From: Candidatus Latescibacterota bacterium
GTDB lineage: Bacteria > Latescibacterota > UBA2968
Length of the DNA stretch: 64,000 nt
Assembly (NCBI GenBank): GCA_965222605.1
Contig: OZ244960.1
Location: forward strand, 1,184,001-1,248,000
Direction of reading: 5' to 3'
Shown: positions 1 to 11,300 of the stretch, piece after piece
How the letters are laid out: every line of letters begins with the position of its first letter
Position numbering within the stretch: the first letter of the stretch is position 1
Notes under the pieces: generated by a model
What the model was told of the DNA's origin: nothing
The model's database searches: none
Seen by the model: only the letters and a program-made list of their open reading frames with translations
Position numbers and translations under genes: made by a program

Positions 1-1
1 A

Positions 2-184
2 ACGCAGGTTCCCCAACCCCTTCAAGAGCAACTCGCCGAAGGTGGGCGCATGGTAATCCCGGTTGGAAAACGCGACGCACAAGAACTCGTGCTATTGACC
101 AAGCAGGAAGGCAAATTGCAACAGAAACACATTATACCTGTCAGATTCGTGCCAATGGTAGATTCCACCGGAGCGACGTATTAG
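2..184 (+). CDS. pcm: protein-L-isoaspartate O-methyltransferase, C-terminal part (5' truncated by window edge)
   Basis: Frame 2 reads VPQPLQEQLAEGGRMVIPVG...PVRFVPM, the typical Pcm C-terminus; TAG at 182-184. Confidence 0.85.
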   Translation, partial: TQVPQPLQEQLAEGGRMVIPVGKRDAQELVLLTKQEGKLQQKHIIPVRFVPMVDSTGATY

Positions 185-194
185 CCTCACCCCC

Positions 195-1040
195 TCACCT
201 CTCAATCCACTTATACGCAGCTTTTGAATTCTTCCAGAAGAATTTTTCCATCGCTTCCGGTCCCTTGTTCTCAATATAATGGGTAACAATATTGAGCACG
301 GTCTCGTATGGGGCTGCGCGTTCGCACACGAGCCAATTGCTGCCATAGACCAGGCGGTCTTCACCAAAAGCATGCCATAAAACATCGAGCGTGGGCACAT
401 AATAAGCCGGATCGTCGGGAGCGGGTTGTTGGGCTGCGCGTTCAACCATACCAGATACCTTGCAATACACATTGGGGTACCTGGCAATGATTTGAATACC
501 CTGCACCCATTCGGGGTCGGGCGCTTCACCCGTCACTTCAACATGCGCCACATGGTCAATAACAAGGCGCAGATTGGGGATTTGCTCGGCAATAGCAGCG
601 TTAATCGGCAACTGTTTGCCATTGGTCATCAGATCGAGTTGCAGATCGCGATCAGCCAATTTTTGGAGTTGTGGCATAATGGCATCTTGATCTTCCAGAC
701 TGCCCCGCTGAAGACCCAGGCGAATCCCGCGATAGAGTGGATTGGCTGAAAAGCGGTCGAGATTTTTCTCAAAATCTTCTGTTTTGGGATCCAGACTACC
801 CACAAATCCAACAATACAGGGATTATCTGCTGCGAGATCCAGGATCCACTGATTGTCTTCAACGAGCTTGCTGGCTTCAACCACAACCGTACCCGTCACA
901 CCCATCTTTTCAGTGCGTTCAACAAAATCTCGCGGCAAAATGGGGCGATAGAGCAATTCATTATCTTCGGGCGGCCAGGGAACGCCGCCGGGTCGCGTCG
1001 TGTCGTAAAAATGAACGTGCGTATCAATGATCATGGGCAT
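195..1040 (-). CDS. amidohydrolase family protein (L-fuconolactonase-like)
   Basis: IIDTHVHF metal motif, VIDHVA, YGSNW; AAAGGA RBS before ATG 1040. Confidence 0.8.
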   Translation of the reverse strand: MPMIIDTHVHFYDTTRPGGVPWPPEDNELLYRPILPRDFVERTEKMGVTGTVVVEASKLVEDNQWILDLAADNPCIVGFVGSLDPKTEDFEKNLDRFSANPLYRGIRLGLQRGSLEDQDAIMPQLQKLADRDLQLDLMTNGKQLPINAAIAEQIPNLRLVIDHVAHVEVTGEAPDPEWVQGIQIIARYPNVYCKVSGMVERAAQQPAPDDPAYYVPTLDVLWHAFGEDRLVYGSNWLVCERAAPYETVLNIVTHYIENKGPEAMEKFFWKNSKAAYKWIER

Positions 1041-1064
1041 ATCCTTTCCGATCAAACAGGTAGC

Positions 1065-1937
1065 TTATTTAATTCCCGCCATTTTCCTCAGCACTTCGAC
1101 AATGGCGGAGTTGTCCTGTTCTGCAAGACCAAGCGCGACGCCCGTACGCAAAAGTTGGGCGTGCAGCCCGGTTACCGGCAAAGGCGTTTCCGTGCGCGCG
1201 CCGAGGTCCAGGATGAGTTCCACATCTTTTAAGTGCTGATCCAATGCAGCCTGAGTGGTAAAATCTCCGGTGATCATTTTTTCGCCTTTAATATCCATTA
1301 CGCGAGAATACGCACCGCCCATCTTAAAAACATCGAGCAGAACATCGATGTCCACCCCGGTTTTTTGTGCGAGAACGAGACCCTCGGCCAATACCAGACG
1401 GTTGAGACCAAGCACGAGATTGACAATGAGTTTGGCTTCGGCACCTTTGCCCGAAGGCCCCATGTGAAAGGTCATGAGAGAAAAAGCTTCAAAAATATCC
1501 GTACACAGTTCAAAGACGGGTAACGTGCCGCCGACCATCACGAGAACATCTGATTCGCGCACCTGCTTGCTGGATCCGAGAATGGTCGCGTCGAGAAAGC
1601 GAATACTTCTGCTTTCAAGACGCCTGGCAAGAGCAGTTGACATCTGCGGATCGCCTGTAGTAGTATCTACGATAATTGCGCCGGGAGATGCCGCAGACAA
1701 AATGCCCCTCGCGCCTGTAACCACATCGTTGACAACATAAGAGTCGGGAAGCGAAAGGACGATGCGACGCGCTTTATCGGCGACATCAGCGGGAGATTTG
1801 CAGGACGTAAAACCGTCGCCTTCATGTGCCTTTATTTTTTCGGGATCAATATCATACCCCGCAATTTCTAAACCTTTGGCGCGAAAGCGCTCAACAAGTG
1901 CTGATCCAACAAGTCCGAGTCCGATAAGACCGAGCAT
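1065..1937 (-). CDS. NAD(P)-dependent oxidoreductase, 3-hydroxyisobutyrate/6-phosphogluconate dehydrogenase family
   Basis: GLIGLGLVG Rossmann motif, FLDATILGS, AKLIVN, HLKDVEL. Confidence 0.85.
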   Translation of the reverse strand: MLGLIGLGLVGSALVERFRAKGLEIAGYDIDPEKIKAHEGDGFTSCKSPADVADKARRIVLSLPDSYVVNDVVTGARGILSAASPGAIIVDTTTGDPQMSTALARRLESRSIRFLDATILGSSKQVRESDVLVMVGGTLPVFELCTDIFEAFSLMTFHMGPSGKGAEAKLIVNLVLGLNRLVLAEGLVLAQKTGVDIDVLLDVFKMGGAYSRVMDIKGEKMITGDFTTQAALDQHLKDVELILDLGARTETPLPVTGLHAQLLRTGVALGLAEQDNSAIVEVLRKMAGIK

Positions 1938-2159
1938 GGGACCTCCTGTAAAAAAAAATAATTTCAGAAGCCGTATCGCGCACGGCAGGAGAATATATCA
2001 AATATTGAGACAATACGGGCCTTTGTAGGGCCGGTGCTTACAAAAATACTGTACAATCAGATTCTTGCCAAATAAGAAAATAGTGTTGAATCCCTGCGGA
2101 CATTGTTTATCTTAAGATCACAAAAATATGCCTGAAAACATCCAAAATAGGAGCTATAG

Positions 2160-2903
2160 ATGAGCTTGGAACCCATTCAAACACCGGACATAGAACGTCC
2201 ACCAAAAGCACTGATTGACGCGTTATCACATATTGGCAGTGCCACAGCCAGTGGGGAATTATTTAAGCTGGGCATCCGCAATGCCCAGATTTTGGGACCA
2301 CTTCCCCGAACGCCGGGCAAATCAATTTGTGGCCCGGCACTGACGCTACAATTTATGCCCAAACGAGAAGATTTGCATTCATCGGGAGAATATCAAGGAC
2401 CAGAAAGACAATTGCATCGCCATGTGCTATATCACACACAACCGGGCGATGTGGTCGTAGTCGATGCTCGGGGCGACATGAGCAGTGGCGTTTTTGGCGA
2501 GATGATGCTGACCTATTTTTGCGGTCAGGGCGGTCAAGGCGCAATTGTCGATGGTTGTATTCGCGACTTTCCCCACGCGCAGGAATTGGACCTCGGCTTA
2601 TGGCTTAAAGGAACAACGCCCAATTTCCACGCACAGACCAATATCTTTCCCCACGCCGTGAATGTCCCGATAGCGTGTGGTGGCACACTTGTAATGCCCG
2701 GCGATATTATTGTTGCCGACGACGATGGCGCCGTGGTAGTGCCGAGTAAACTCGCGCCTGAATTGGCAGAAAAAGCGACCGAACACGCCGAATGGGAAGT
2801 CTTTAGCCGCATGAAACTCGCCGAAGGCGGCGACCTGCGAAAATATTATCCACTGACAGATGAAGCGCGGGTTGAATATGAGGCCTGGCAAAAGGAACAA
2901 TAG
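2160..2903 (+). CDS. RraA family protein (HMG/CHA aldolase-like)
   Basis: PGDVVVVDARG, DGCIRD, PGDIIVADDDGAVVVP motifs; AGGAG RBS. Confidence 0.8.
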   Translation: MSLEPIQTPDIERPPKALIDALSHIGSATASGELFKLGIRNAQILGPLPRTPGKSICGPALTLQFMPKREDLHSSGEYQGPERQLHRHVLYHTQPGDVVVVDARGDMSSGVFGEMMLTYFCGQGGQGAIVDGCIRDFPHAQELDLGLWLKGTTPNFHAQTNIFPHAVNVPIACGGTLVMPGDIIVADDDGAVVVPSKLAPELAEKATEHAEWEVFSRMKLAEGGDLRKYYPLTDEARVEYEAWQKEQ

Positions 2904-2976
2904 TCTGCCCTGTAGTGCCTGCTCACACCCTTAATGCTCAATTCGTTAGCGGTCAGACTTCGCTTATTGCGTATCT

Positions 2977-3915
2977 TTACGCCTGCGCGTGTCTGGCCGC
3001 GCCTAAAATCCCCGCATCATCTCCCAATTCAGCAGAAACAATTTGCACATGTTCTTTTACACCAACAGTACCGCGATCCCAAAAAGTTCGCATCGCCGGT
3101 TCAAAAATCCAATCACCCGCCTGCGCCAATCCACCTGTTAGCGCAACGCGATCCACATTCAATACATTCACCAAACTCACCAGCCCCACGCCGAGGAAAA
3201 ACCCCGTCTCCTCAAACATCTGCATCGCAAAATCATCACCCGTCTCTGCCGCTTCAAAAATAACCTGTGTGGTCAAACCCTCGGCTTTCAGAGACGTTTC
3301 CAGCTTTTCCCCTTCAAGCCTTTCCAACGTACGGCGCACCATGGCCGTGGCAGATGCATACATCTCCAAACATCCAAAATTGCCACACGGACAGCGCGGT
3401 CCATTGTGATCCACTGTAATATGCCCCACCTCCGCCGCATTGCCATTAAACCCGTGCATAACCCTCCCCTCGCTGATCCATCCACCGCCAACCCCTGTAC
3501 CCAGGGTCACGCACAAAAAGTGATCAACACCTCGGCCAGATCCCAGCCATTGCTCGCCATAAGCCGCTAAATTTGCATCATTATCCACCACCACGCCCAA
3601 ATCGAGCAATGCCTCCAGACGATCCTTTAACCGCACACCGTGCATACACTGCAAATTCTCGGGCGATATAATCACACCGTCAAACGGATCTAATGGGCCT
3701 GGCGCACCAACCCCTACCCCCTGTACCTCTCTCAGTGAAATCCCTCCATCTCGCGCAGCCGCACGCGCACATTCGGCAATGCCATTTACCACGCCCTCAG
3801 CACCCAGGTGCAACCGCGTCGGTCCCCGCGCCCTACCCACAATCTCACCAGACGCTGTCACAAGCCCCGCGCGCGTATTGGTGCCCCCTAAATCCACGCC
3901 AATCGTCACACTCAT
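2977..3915 (-). CDS. ROK family sugar kinase (glucokinase-like)
   Basis: IGVDLGGT, DNDANLAA, TLGTGVGGG, EVGH...CPCGNFGCLE zinc motif. Confidence 0.9.
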   Translation of the reverse strand: MSVTIGVDLGGTNTRAGLVTASGEIVGRARGPTRLHLGAEGVVNGIAECARAAARDGGISLREVQGVGVGAPGPLDPFDGVIISPENLQCMHGVRLKDRLEALLDLGVVVDNDANLAAYGEQWLGSGRGVDHFLCVTLGTGVGGGWISEGRVMHGFNGNAAEVGHITVDHNGPRCPCGNFGCLEMYASATAMVRRTLERLEGEKLETSLKAEGLTTQVIFEAAETGDDFAMQMFEETGFFLGVGLVSLVNVLNVDRVALTGGLAQAGDWIFEPAMRTFWDRGTVGVKEHVQIVSAELGDDAGILGAARHAQA

Positions 3916-4553
3916 TGTTCTGCCCGCGCCTGCGCCACGGCATCTACAAACGATCTTGCCGTCGCCGTCAAAGATGCCCAGTCTTTATTTTCCACAGCCG
4001 TCTTATCGACCATCGCGCTGCCAGCCCCCACAGCCACCGCGCCATTTTTGATAAACTCAGGCGTTGTTTTGGCATCCACTCCCCCAGTGGGCATGAGCTT
4101 CACCTGTGGCAAAGGACCCAGAATATCCTTAAAATAAGACGGTCCCCCCACGCCAGCGGGAAACACCTTGACCACATCGGCCCCTGCTTGCCACGCCGTC
4201 AAAATTTCTGTAGGCGTAAACCCGGCGGGCATCACGGCCTTGCCATACCGCTTGCTCATCTCAATCACCGCCGTATTCAAAATAGGACTCACCACATATT
4301 CTGCGCCGGATAGAATCGCAGCCCGCGCCGTCTCCGGATCGAGCACAGACCCCACCCCAATAATCGTATCTTCCATCTTTACCGACGCTTCTTCAATCAC
4401 CTTTAGCGCACCCGGCACCGTCATCGTCACCTCAATCGCCACCACACCGCCTTCGCGCAACGCCTTTGACACATCCATCAACTGCGACGGATTATCTGCC
4501 CGCAACACAGCGACCACACCGCAATCAATAATGCGATCTACAGTACTTGCCAT
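3912..4553 (-). CDS. eda: KDPG/KHG aldolase
   Basis: VVAVLR, IEVTMTVP, TPTEI, VKVFPA (Schiff-base Lys), MPTGGV; GGGAG RBS before ATG 4553. Confidence 0.9.
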   Translation of the reverse strand: MASTVDRIIDCGVVAVLRADNPSQLMDVSKALREGGVVAIEVTMTVPGALKVIEEASVKMEDTIIGVGSVLDPETARAAILSGAEYVVSPILNTAVIEMSKRYGKAVMPAGFTPTEILTAWQAGADVVKVFPAGVGGPSYFKDILGPLPQVKLMPTGGVDAKTTPEFIKNGAVAVGAGSAMVDKTAVENKDWASLTATARSFVDAVAQARAEQ

Positions 4554-4630
4554 TTTTTTCTCCCAAAAATTAAACCTCTCTCCAAAATAGAGAGAGGCGT
4601 TATGTATTATTAGCGCATTCATCTCAGACT

Positions 4631-5674
4631 CTATCGTCTAATCCGCGCACTCTCACCCTTCATTGCACTCTCGGCTTCCGCGCGCGTAGCCCAATTCACA
4701 TCCCCCGGGAACGTATGTGCCAGCGCAGAATAAGCACCTGCAAAATCCACGATATCCTGAGCGGGCTTGCCCTCGAGCACCCCGGCAATAATACCAGCAG
4801 AAAAATTATCGCCACCCCCCACCCGATCTACCATCTCCAAATTTTCATAAATGCGCGACAAATAAAACTCATTGCCATCGTAAAGCAACGTACGCCAATC
4901 ATTCAGCAATCCAGTCTTTGCAACGCGCAGGGTTGTGCCAACAAGCGTCACATTGGGATATTGCGATACAGCCTTGCGCGCAACATCTTTATAGCTTTCG
5001 GGATCAAGCGCGTCGTAATCGCCCGATGTGCCTTCGGCTTTAAGCCCCATTGTCTTTTCAAAATCCTCTTCATTGCCGATAAGCACCTGCACATGCGGAA
5101 TACACTTTGCAATCATCTCCTGCGCTTGTTCTGCGCTCCACAATTTGGATCTGAAATTGAGATCAAAACTCGTAGTCACACCTGCACCGCGGGCAGCTAC
5201 CAGCGCTTCTACAGTAGTCTCTGCCGCACCTTCAGACAACGCGGGTGTAATCCCACTGACGTGAAACCACTTGCTCCCTTCAAAAACAGATGCCCAATCC
5301 ACCATCCCGGGTTTGATATTCATAATCGCGGTATGGCCTCTATCATACGTCACGGCACTCGCACGCGGCCCCACGCCCACTTCCATGTGATAAAATCCAT
5401 TGCGCTCAAGCCCCACACCATCAAAATCCGTCCACAAAATATTGGACATATCCACCCCGTGCTCGCGCCCCTTGTTGCGAATAATCCAACCCGTCCAATT
5501 ATCAACCAACCGGGACACCCACGCCGCCTTCAATCCCAAATGCGCGCAACCGACCGCGACATTGTATTCCCCCCCACCGATCTCGACATCGAGCTTGCTC
5601 GCATTTTCCAATCGGCGGTATTCTGGCGAAGACAACCGAATCATCGCCTCGCCAAAAGTCACTACATCGCACAT
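4631..5674 (-). CDS. kdgK: 2-dehydro-3-deoxygluconokinase (PfkB family)
   Basis: VTFGEAMIRLS, GGGEYNVA, SFDLNFRSKLW, VDRVGGGDNF; adjacent to eda. Confidence 0.85.
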   Translation of the reverse strand: MCDVVTFGEAMIRLSSPEYRRLENASKLDVEIGGGEYNVAVGCAHLGLKAAWVSRLVDNWTGWIIRNKGREHGVDMSNILWTDFDGVGLERNGFYHMEVGVGPRASAVTYDRGHTAIMNIKPGMVDWASVFEGSKWFHVSGITPALSEGAAETTVEALVAARGAGVTTSFDLNFRSKLWSAEQAQEMIAKCIPHVQVLIGNEEDFEKTMGLKAEGTSGDYDALDPESYKDVARKAVSQYPNVTLVGTTLRVAKTGLLNDWRTLLYDGNEFYLSRIYENLEMVDRVGGGDNFSAGIIAGVLEGKPAQDIVDFAGAYSALAHTFPGDVNWATRAEAESAMKGESARIRR

Positions 5675-5702
5675 ATGGTCCTCCCTAAAAATTAGCAGTC
5701 AG

Positions 5703-6389
5703 CTACTCATCCGAACCGCCCAGAAAACCCGCCATCCAGGCAAAACGCAACAACTCCAAAACCGCCACCAGTGCTGATGCAACATAAGTCAGCGCAGCAG
5801 CATTCAAAACCTTGCGCGAAGCAGGGACTTCCTCAGGCGTCAAATATCCGCCATCGGCCAAAATCTGAATAGCCCGACTGCTGGCATTAAACTCAACCGG
5901 CAGAGTAACAATACTGAAAACCACAGCCGCAGAAAAGAATACCATACCCAAAAAAACGAGTTCAAAAATGCTAAAAAGAAATCCAGCAATAATAAAAATC
6001 CACGACAGCTTCGACCCAATATTCGCGATTGGAACCAGGCTCGTCCGAAGAGACAAAGGAACATAGCCCTGTGCGTGTTGAAACGCATGCCCTGCTTCGT
6101 GAGCAGCCACGCCAATCGCCGCTAAGGAGCGATTGCCATATACACTTTCAGACAGGCGCAGCATGCGATCTCTCGGATCGTAGTGATCTGTCAAATGCCC
6201 ATGCACAGGCTCCACGCCCACCGGCAAACCGCCTCGACGCAAAATATCTCGCGCGACATGATCCGCAGTCGCACCGCTTCGCGCAACAAATTTATCGTAT
6301 TTGCGAAACGTACTTTTCACCTTGAATTGCGCCCACAGCGTAATGGCTAATCCCAAAAACATCACCATCAAACTTTCCAGCATGACCAT
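5703..6389 (-). CDS. putative neutral zinc metallopeptidase (YugP family)
   Basis: LTDHYDPR, AAHEAGHA (HExxH), TLPVEFNASSRA, AAALTYVA. Confidence 0.9.
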   Translation of the reverse strand: MVMLESLMVMFLGLAITLWAQFKVKSTFRKYDKFVARSGATADHVARDILRRGGLPVGVEPVHGHLTDHYDPRDRMLRLSESVYGNRSLAAIGVAAHEAGHAFQHAQGYVPLSLRTSLVPIANIGSKLSWIFIIAGFLFSIFELVFLGMVFFSAAVVFSIVTLPVEFNASSRAIQILADGGYLTPEEVPASRKVLNAAALTYVASALVAVLELLRFAWMAGFLGGSDE

Positions 6390-6404
6390 CTCCTCCTGAA
6401 TCGA

Positions 6405-7340
6405 TTAACCAAATCTCTCCCCGACCTCAATGCGATATCCCCGCACGAAATCAGCACCGGACATGCGCTTTTTACCTGCTGGTTGCACCTCTTCCAGCGC
6501 GAGAGCACCCTCGCCCGTTCCCACAATAAGTCCGCGTTTGCCATCTGCCTCAATTACAGCACCCGCTTCTCCCATCCCCGTGTCAACCGTTGCCCGGTGA
6601 ACCTTCAGCAATTTGTTGCGCCACAGAGTAAACGCCCCCGGAAAAGGATTGGTTCCCCGAATGAGATTGCGAATATCTCCAGCACTTTTTGACCAATCAA
6701 TCCCGCCGTCCTCTTTTTCTAATTTGGGGGCGCGACTCAACCCTTCATCCGTTTGCGGCATGGGCATAACAGAACCATCTGCCATGCCATCAATAGCCCG
6801 AATGAGCAACTCGGCGCCCTTCATTTTCAACCGCTCATAAAGTTCGCCCGCCGTCTCATCGTCCCCAATTACCAACCTTTGCTGAACTAAAATATCGCCG
6901 GCATCCACGCGCGGCGACAGTTGAAAAATGGTCACACCCGTCTCGGTCTCACCATTGATAATTGCCCATTGAATAGGCGCTGCCCCGCGGTATTTGGGCA
7001 ACAGGGATGGGTGGACATTCACAGAACCCAATTTTGGAATCGCCAGCACAGAACGCGGCAAAATCAGAAAAGCCACCACCGCGAGCAAATCTGGTTCCAA
7101 AGCCTGCAACTGCGCGTGAAAACTCTCATCTCTAAGCGACTCGGGCTGCAAAACCGGCACATCCAATCCCAGCGACGCAACCGCAGCCTTCACATCGGTT
7201 GGTTGCATCTGCTGACCCCGACCGCGTGGCCTATCTGGCCGCGTCACCACGCCCACCAGATCATGACCGCTTTGAGCCACGCCCACAAGCGACGGCACCG
7301 CAAAATCGGGCGTGCCCATAAACACCACCCTCATCACCAA
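6405..7340 (-). CDS. fmt: methionyl-tRNA formyltransferase
   Basis: VFMGTPDFAVPSL, NVHPSLLPKYRGAAPIQ; start could be a codon or two downstream. Confidence 0.95.
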   Translation of the reverse strand: MVMRVVFMGTPDFAVPSLVGVAQSGHDLVGVVTRPDRPRGRGQQMQPTDVKAAVASLGLDVPVLQPESLRDESFHAQLQALEPDLLAVVAFLILPRSVLAIPKLGSVNVHPSLLPKYRGAAPIQWAIINGETETGVTIFQLSPRVDAGDILVQQRLVIGDDETAGELYERLKMKGAELLIRAIDGMADGSVMPMPQTDEGLSRAPKLEKEDGGIDWSKSAGDIRNLIRGTNPFPGAFTLWRNKLLKVHRATVDTGMGEAGAVIEADGKRGLIVGTGEGALALEEVQPAGKKRMSGADFVRGYRIEVGERFG

Positions 7341-7351
7341 TTTTCACCTTT

Positions 7352-8954
<1,603 letters not shown>

Positions 8955-9089
8955 CTAAAAACAATCGCTTAAAAGAAACGCGGCTCAATATAACATCCCA
9001 TCTCTCATGCGTCAAGGAACACATCGGTAAAACGTAAGAAGTAAGACGCGAGAGGATATTGGGGCGGTGTTGGGTGGACTTCTACCTTC

Positions 9090-10307
9090 TCACTTTTCAC
9101 TTCTCACTTCTTTTACAGCCTCTTCAGCCAGCACAAATATAAACCCCTGTTCTGCCAACTCGGGTAACATGCGTTGCAGTGCATGTAGCGTATTGGGCTT
9201 TGCATGCCCAATGCCAATCGCCGTGCCTTCATGCCGTGCGCGTGCAGCGAGCCTGTACAGTCGTTTGACCACCGCGTCTTCGTCTTTGACGATATCCAAA
9301 AACAACGCATTGCGATCACTGGGGATACCCATATCTCGCGCGATTGCATAAGCCACTGATTGGGGTGACGTGACACTATCTATAAAAAAGAAATTCCATC
9401 GTTTCACGACCCGCAGCACCGCTTTCATCGCTTCAAAATTTTGTGTTACGCGAGACCCCATGTGATTATTCATTCCCTTTGCATAGGGCACGGATGCGAG
9501 GGCATTTTGGGTCAACTCAGCAATCTTTTCCGGCGCGTAATCCGAGAAAATCGCATGGGGACCTGGATCGCGCGCTGGATAGTCTATCGGTTCCATAGGC
9601 AAATGAACCATCACACCGTGATTTTTTTCAATAGCCTGTTGCGCTATCCAGGCCGTATGCTTCTCCCCGGGAAAAATCGAAAATGTAATCGGCTGCGGCA
9701 ACTGACAAAAAGACAGAATTAAATTCTGATCCTGATATCCAAAATCATCGATCACAATGGCAATGCGCCCCGCGAGTCGCTCGAGTTCTTCACTCTGCTC
9801 GAGCCTGAACAAATTGGTCTGTTTATCATTCAAACCCACGCGAAGCCACAACACATTGCCCTGTCGGTCTTCGCTACCTTCAATTACCGTCCCACCCAAT
9901 TGATGCGCCAGATGGGTCAAAGACAGATTGCAAACAGATAGTGGCAAAGCATCGGGCACTTTCGATTGCACTTCCCAACGCAAATGGGGATTCTCGTCTT
10001 TGGACAAACGCACCTCCTTAATCACTTCAGGAGGAACCCCCAGCCCAATCAACACATCTTTTGCCTGCACGACCATTGTATCGGCAAATGCGACAATATC
10101 TTCTGGGCCAGCTTTCCATTTGGGTATCTCTTCTACGGGAAGTGCATCTTCGAACGATCGCGAAAAATACGACTGCGCGCGCCAAAAATAGGCAACTAAT
10201 CCACCGGCGATCAGAATTATTATAACACAGGGCACAACCCATAACCGAAGAGATCGCCGCTTGCGAGCCATTTCCAAAGGTCTTTTTTTGGACAAACGTT
10301 TCGCCAT
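9090..10307 (-). CDS. divergent polysaccharide deacetylase family protein, membrane-anchored
   Basis: N-terminal TM segment; IAIVIDDFG, MVHLPMEP, GMNNHMGS, FFIDSVT, AIGIGH. Confidence 0.9.
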   Translation of the reverse strand: MAKRLSKKRPLEMARKRRSLRLWVVPCVIIILIAGGLVAYFWRAQSYFSRSFEDALPVEEIPKWKAGPEDIVAFADTMVVQAKDVLIGLGVPPEVIKEVRLSKDENPHLRWEVQSKVPDALPLSVCNLSLTHLAHQLGGTVIEGSEDRQGNVLWLRVGLNDKQTNLFRLEQSEELERLAGRIAIVIDDFGYQDQNLILSFCQLPQPITFSIFPGEKHTAWIAQQAIEKNHGVMVHLPMEPIDYPARDPGPHAIFSDYAPEKIAELTQNALASVPYAKGMNNHMGSRVTQNFEAMKAVLRVVKRWNFFFIDSVTSPQSVAYAIARDMGIPSDRNALFLDIVKDEDAVVKRLYRLAARARHEGTAIGIGHAKPNTLHALQRMLPELAEQGFIFVLAEEAVKEVRSEK

Positions 10308-10316
10308 TTTGCAGAC

Positions 10317-11291
10317 TCAGTAAATCTGAATTGGATCGGGAATAAAACACAATACAAAAATAGCCAGCGACGCGTACCCAAGCCACCGCCGTGCGGGATC
10401 CAATGCAACATCGGGATTTATAGGCGGTGGATGATGTCGCCCCATCAGCGCAGCCAACCCCAGCCAGACCAGCCAACCGATCCAGCGGGAATCATACCAC
10501 GCATCAAACATAGATTGTGCATCCCACCAGTGGTAAGGCGGTGCCAATAACCACATCAATGCCAACCCCACCATTGTCGCCCGAGAAATTAACCGGTGTT
10601 TCCCGCCAAAAATCGCATAGACAATATGCCCACCATCAAATTGTCCCATCGGCAACAAATTCAATACCGTCACAAACAACCCCAACCAGCCCGCAAAAGC
10701 CACCGGATGCATCATCACATCATAACCCTCGGGCAGATCACCGATAACGCTTATACCCAACCAGCCCGACAACAGAGAATTGCCCAGCGCGAGTGTCCCT
10801 TCTGATACATCGCGCACTTCAATTACTTCCGACATATGCAGACCAACACCCAACGCAATCACAGACATCACAAACCCGGCAATAGGTCCAGACGCGCCAA
10901 TATCGATAAGCGCCCGTCGGTTCGGAATCTGAGATCGCAATTTGATCACTGCGCCCAGGGTGCCAATAAACGAAGGGAAGGGAATAAAATAGGGCAATGA
11001 TGCGCGCACGCCCCACCAGCGCGAAGTCACATAATGCCCCATCTCGTGTATGCCCAAAATGATCAGCAATGTCGCGGAAAACGGCAAGCCATACACCAGA
11101 TAACGCGGATCGATCAAAATGTGCCAGCTATCGGGTATTGATGCCCATTCAGGCGACATAAACATACCCGCCACCGTCGTCGTGTACGCAGTTGCCAAAA
11201 ACAACCCAACATGCAGTCTCAAATTCTCCTGCGCCTTAGCCGAAGGCGTCGGCTTGAGAAAATACCGCCTGTCATTCAAATCGTCTGACAC
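10317..11291 (-). CDS. site-2 protease (peptidase M50)
   Basis: HEMGH, GPIAG, NLLPMGQFDGGH; multiple TM helices. Confidence 0.9.
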   Translation of the reverse strand: MSDDLNDRRYFLKPTPSAKAQENLRLHVGLFLATAYTTTVAGMFMSPEWASIPDSWHILIDPRYLVYGLPFSATLLIILGIHEMGHYVTSRWWGVRASLPYFIPFPSFIGTLGAVIKLRSQIPNRRALIDIGASGPIAGFVMSVIALGVGLHMSEVIEVRDVSEGTLALGNSLLSGWLGISVIGDLPEGYDVMMHPVAFAGWLGLFVTVLNLLPMGQFDGGHIVYAIFGGKHRLISRATMVGLALMWLLAPPYHWWDAQSMFDAWYDSRWIGWLVWLGLAALMGRHHPPPINPDVALDPARRWLGYASLAIFVLCFIPDPIQIY

Positions 11292-11300
11292 AATTACTCC

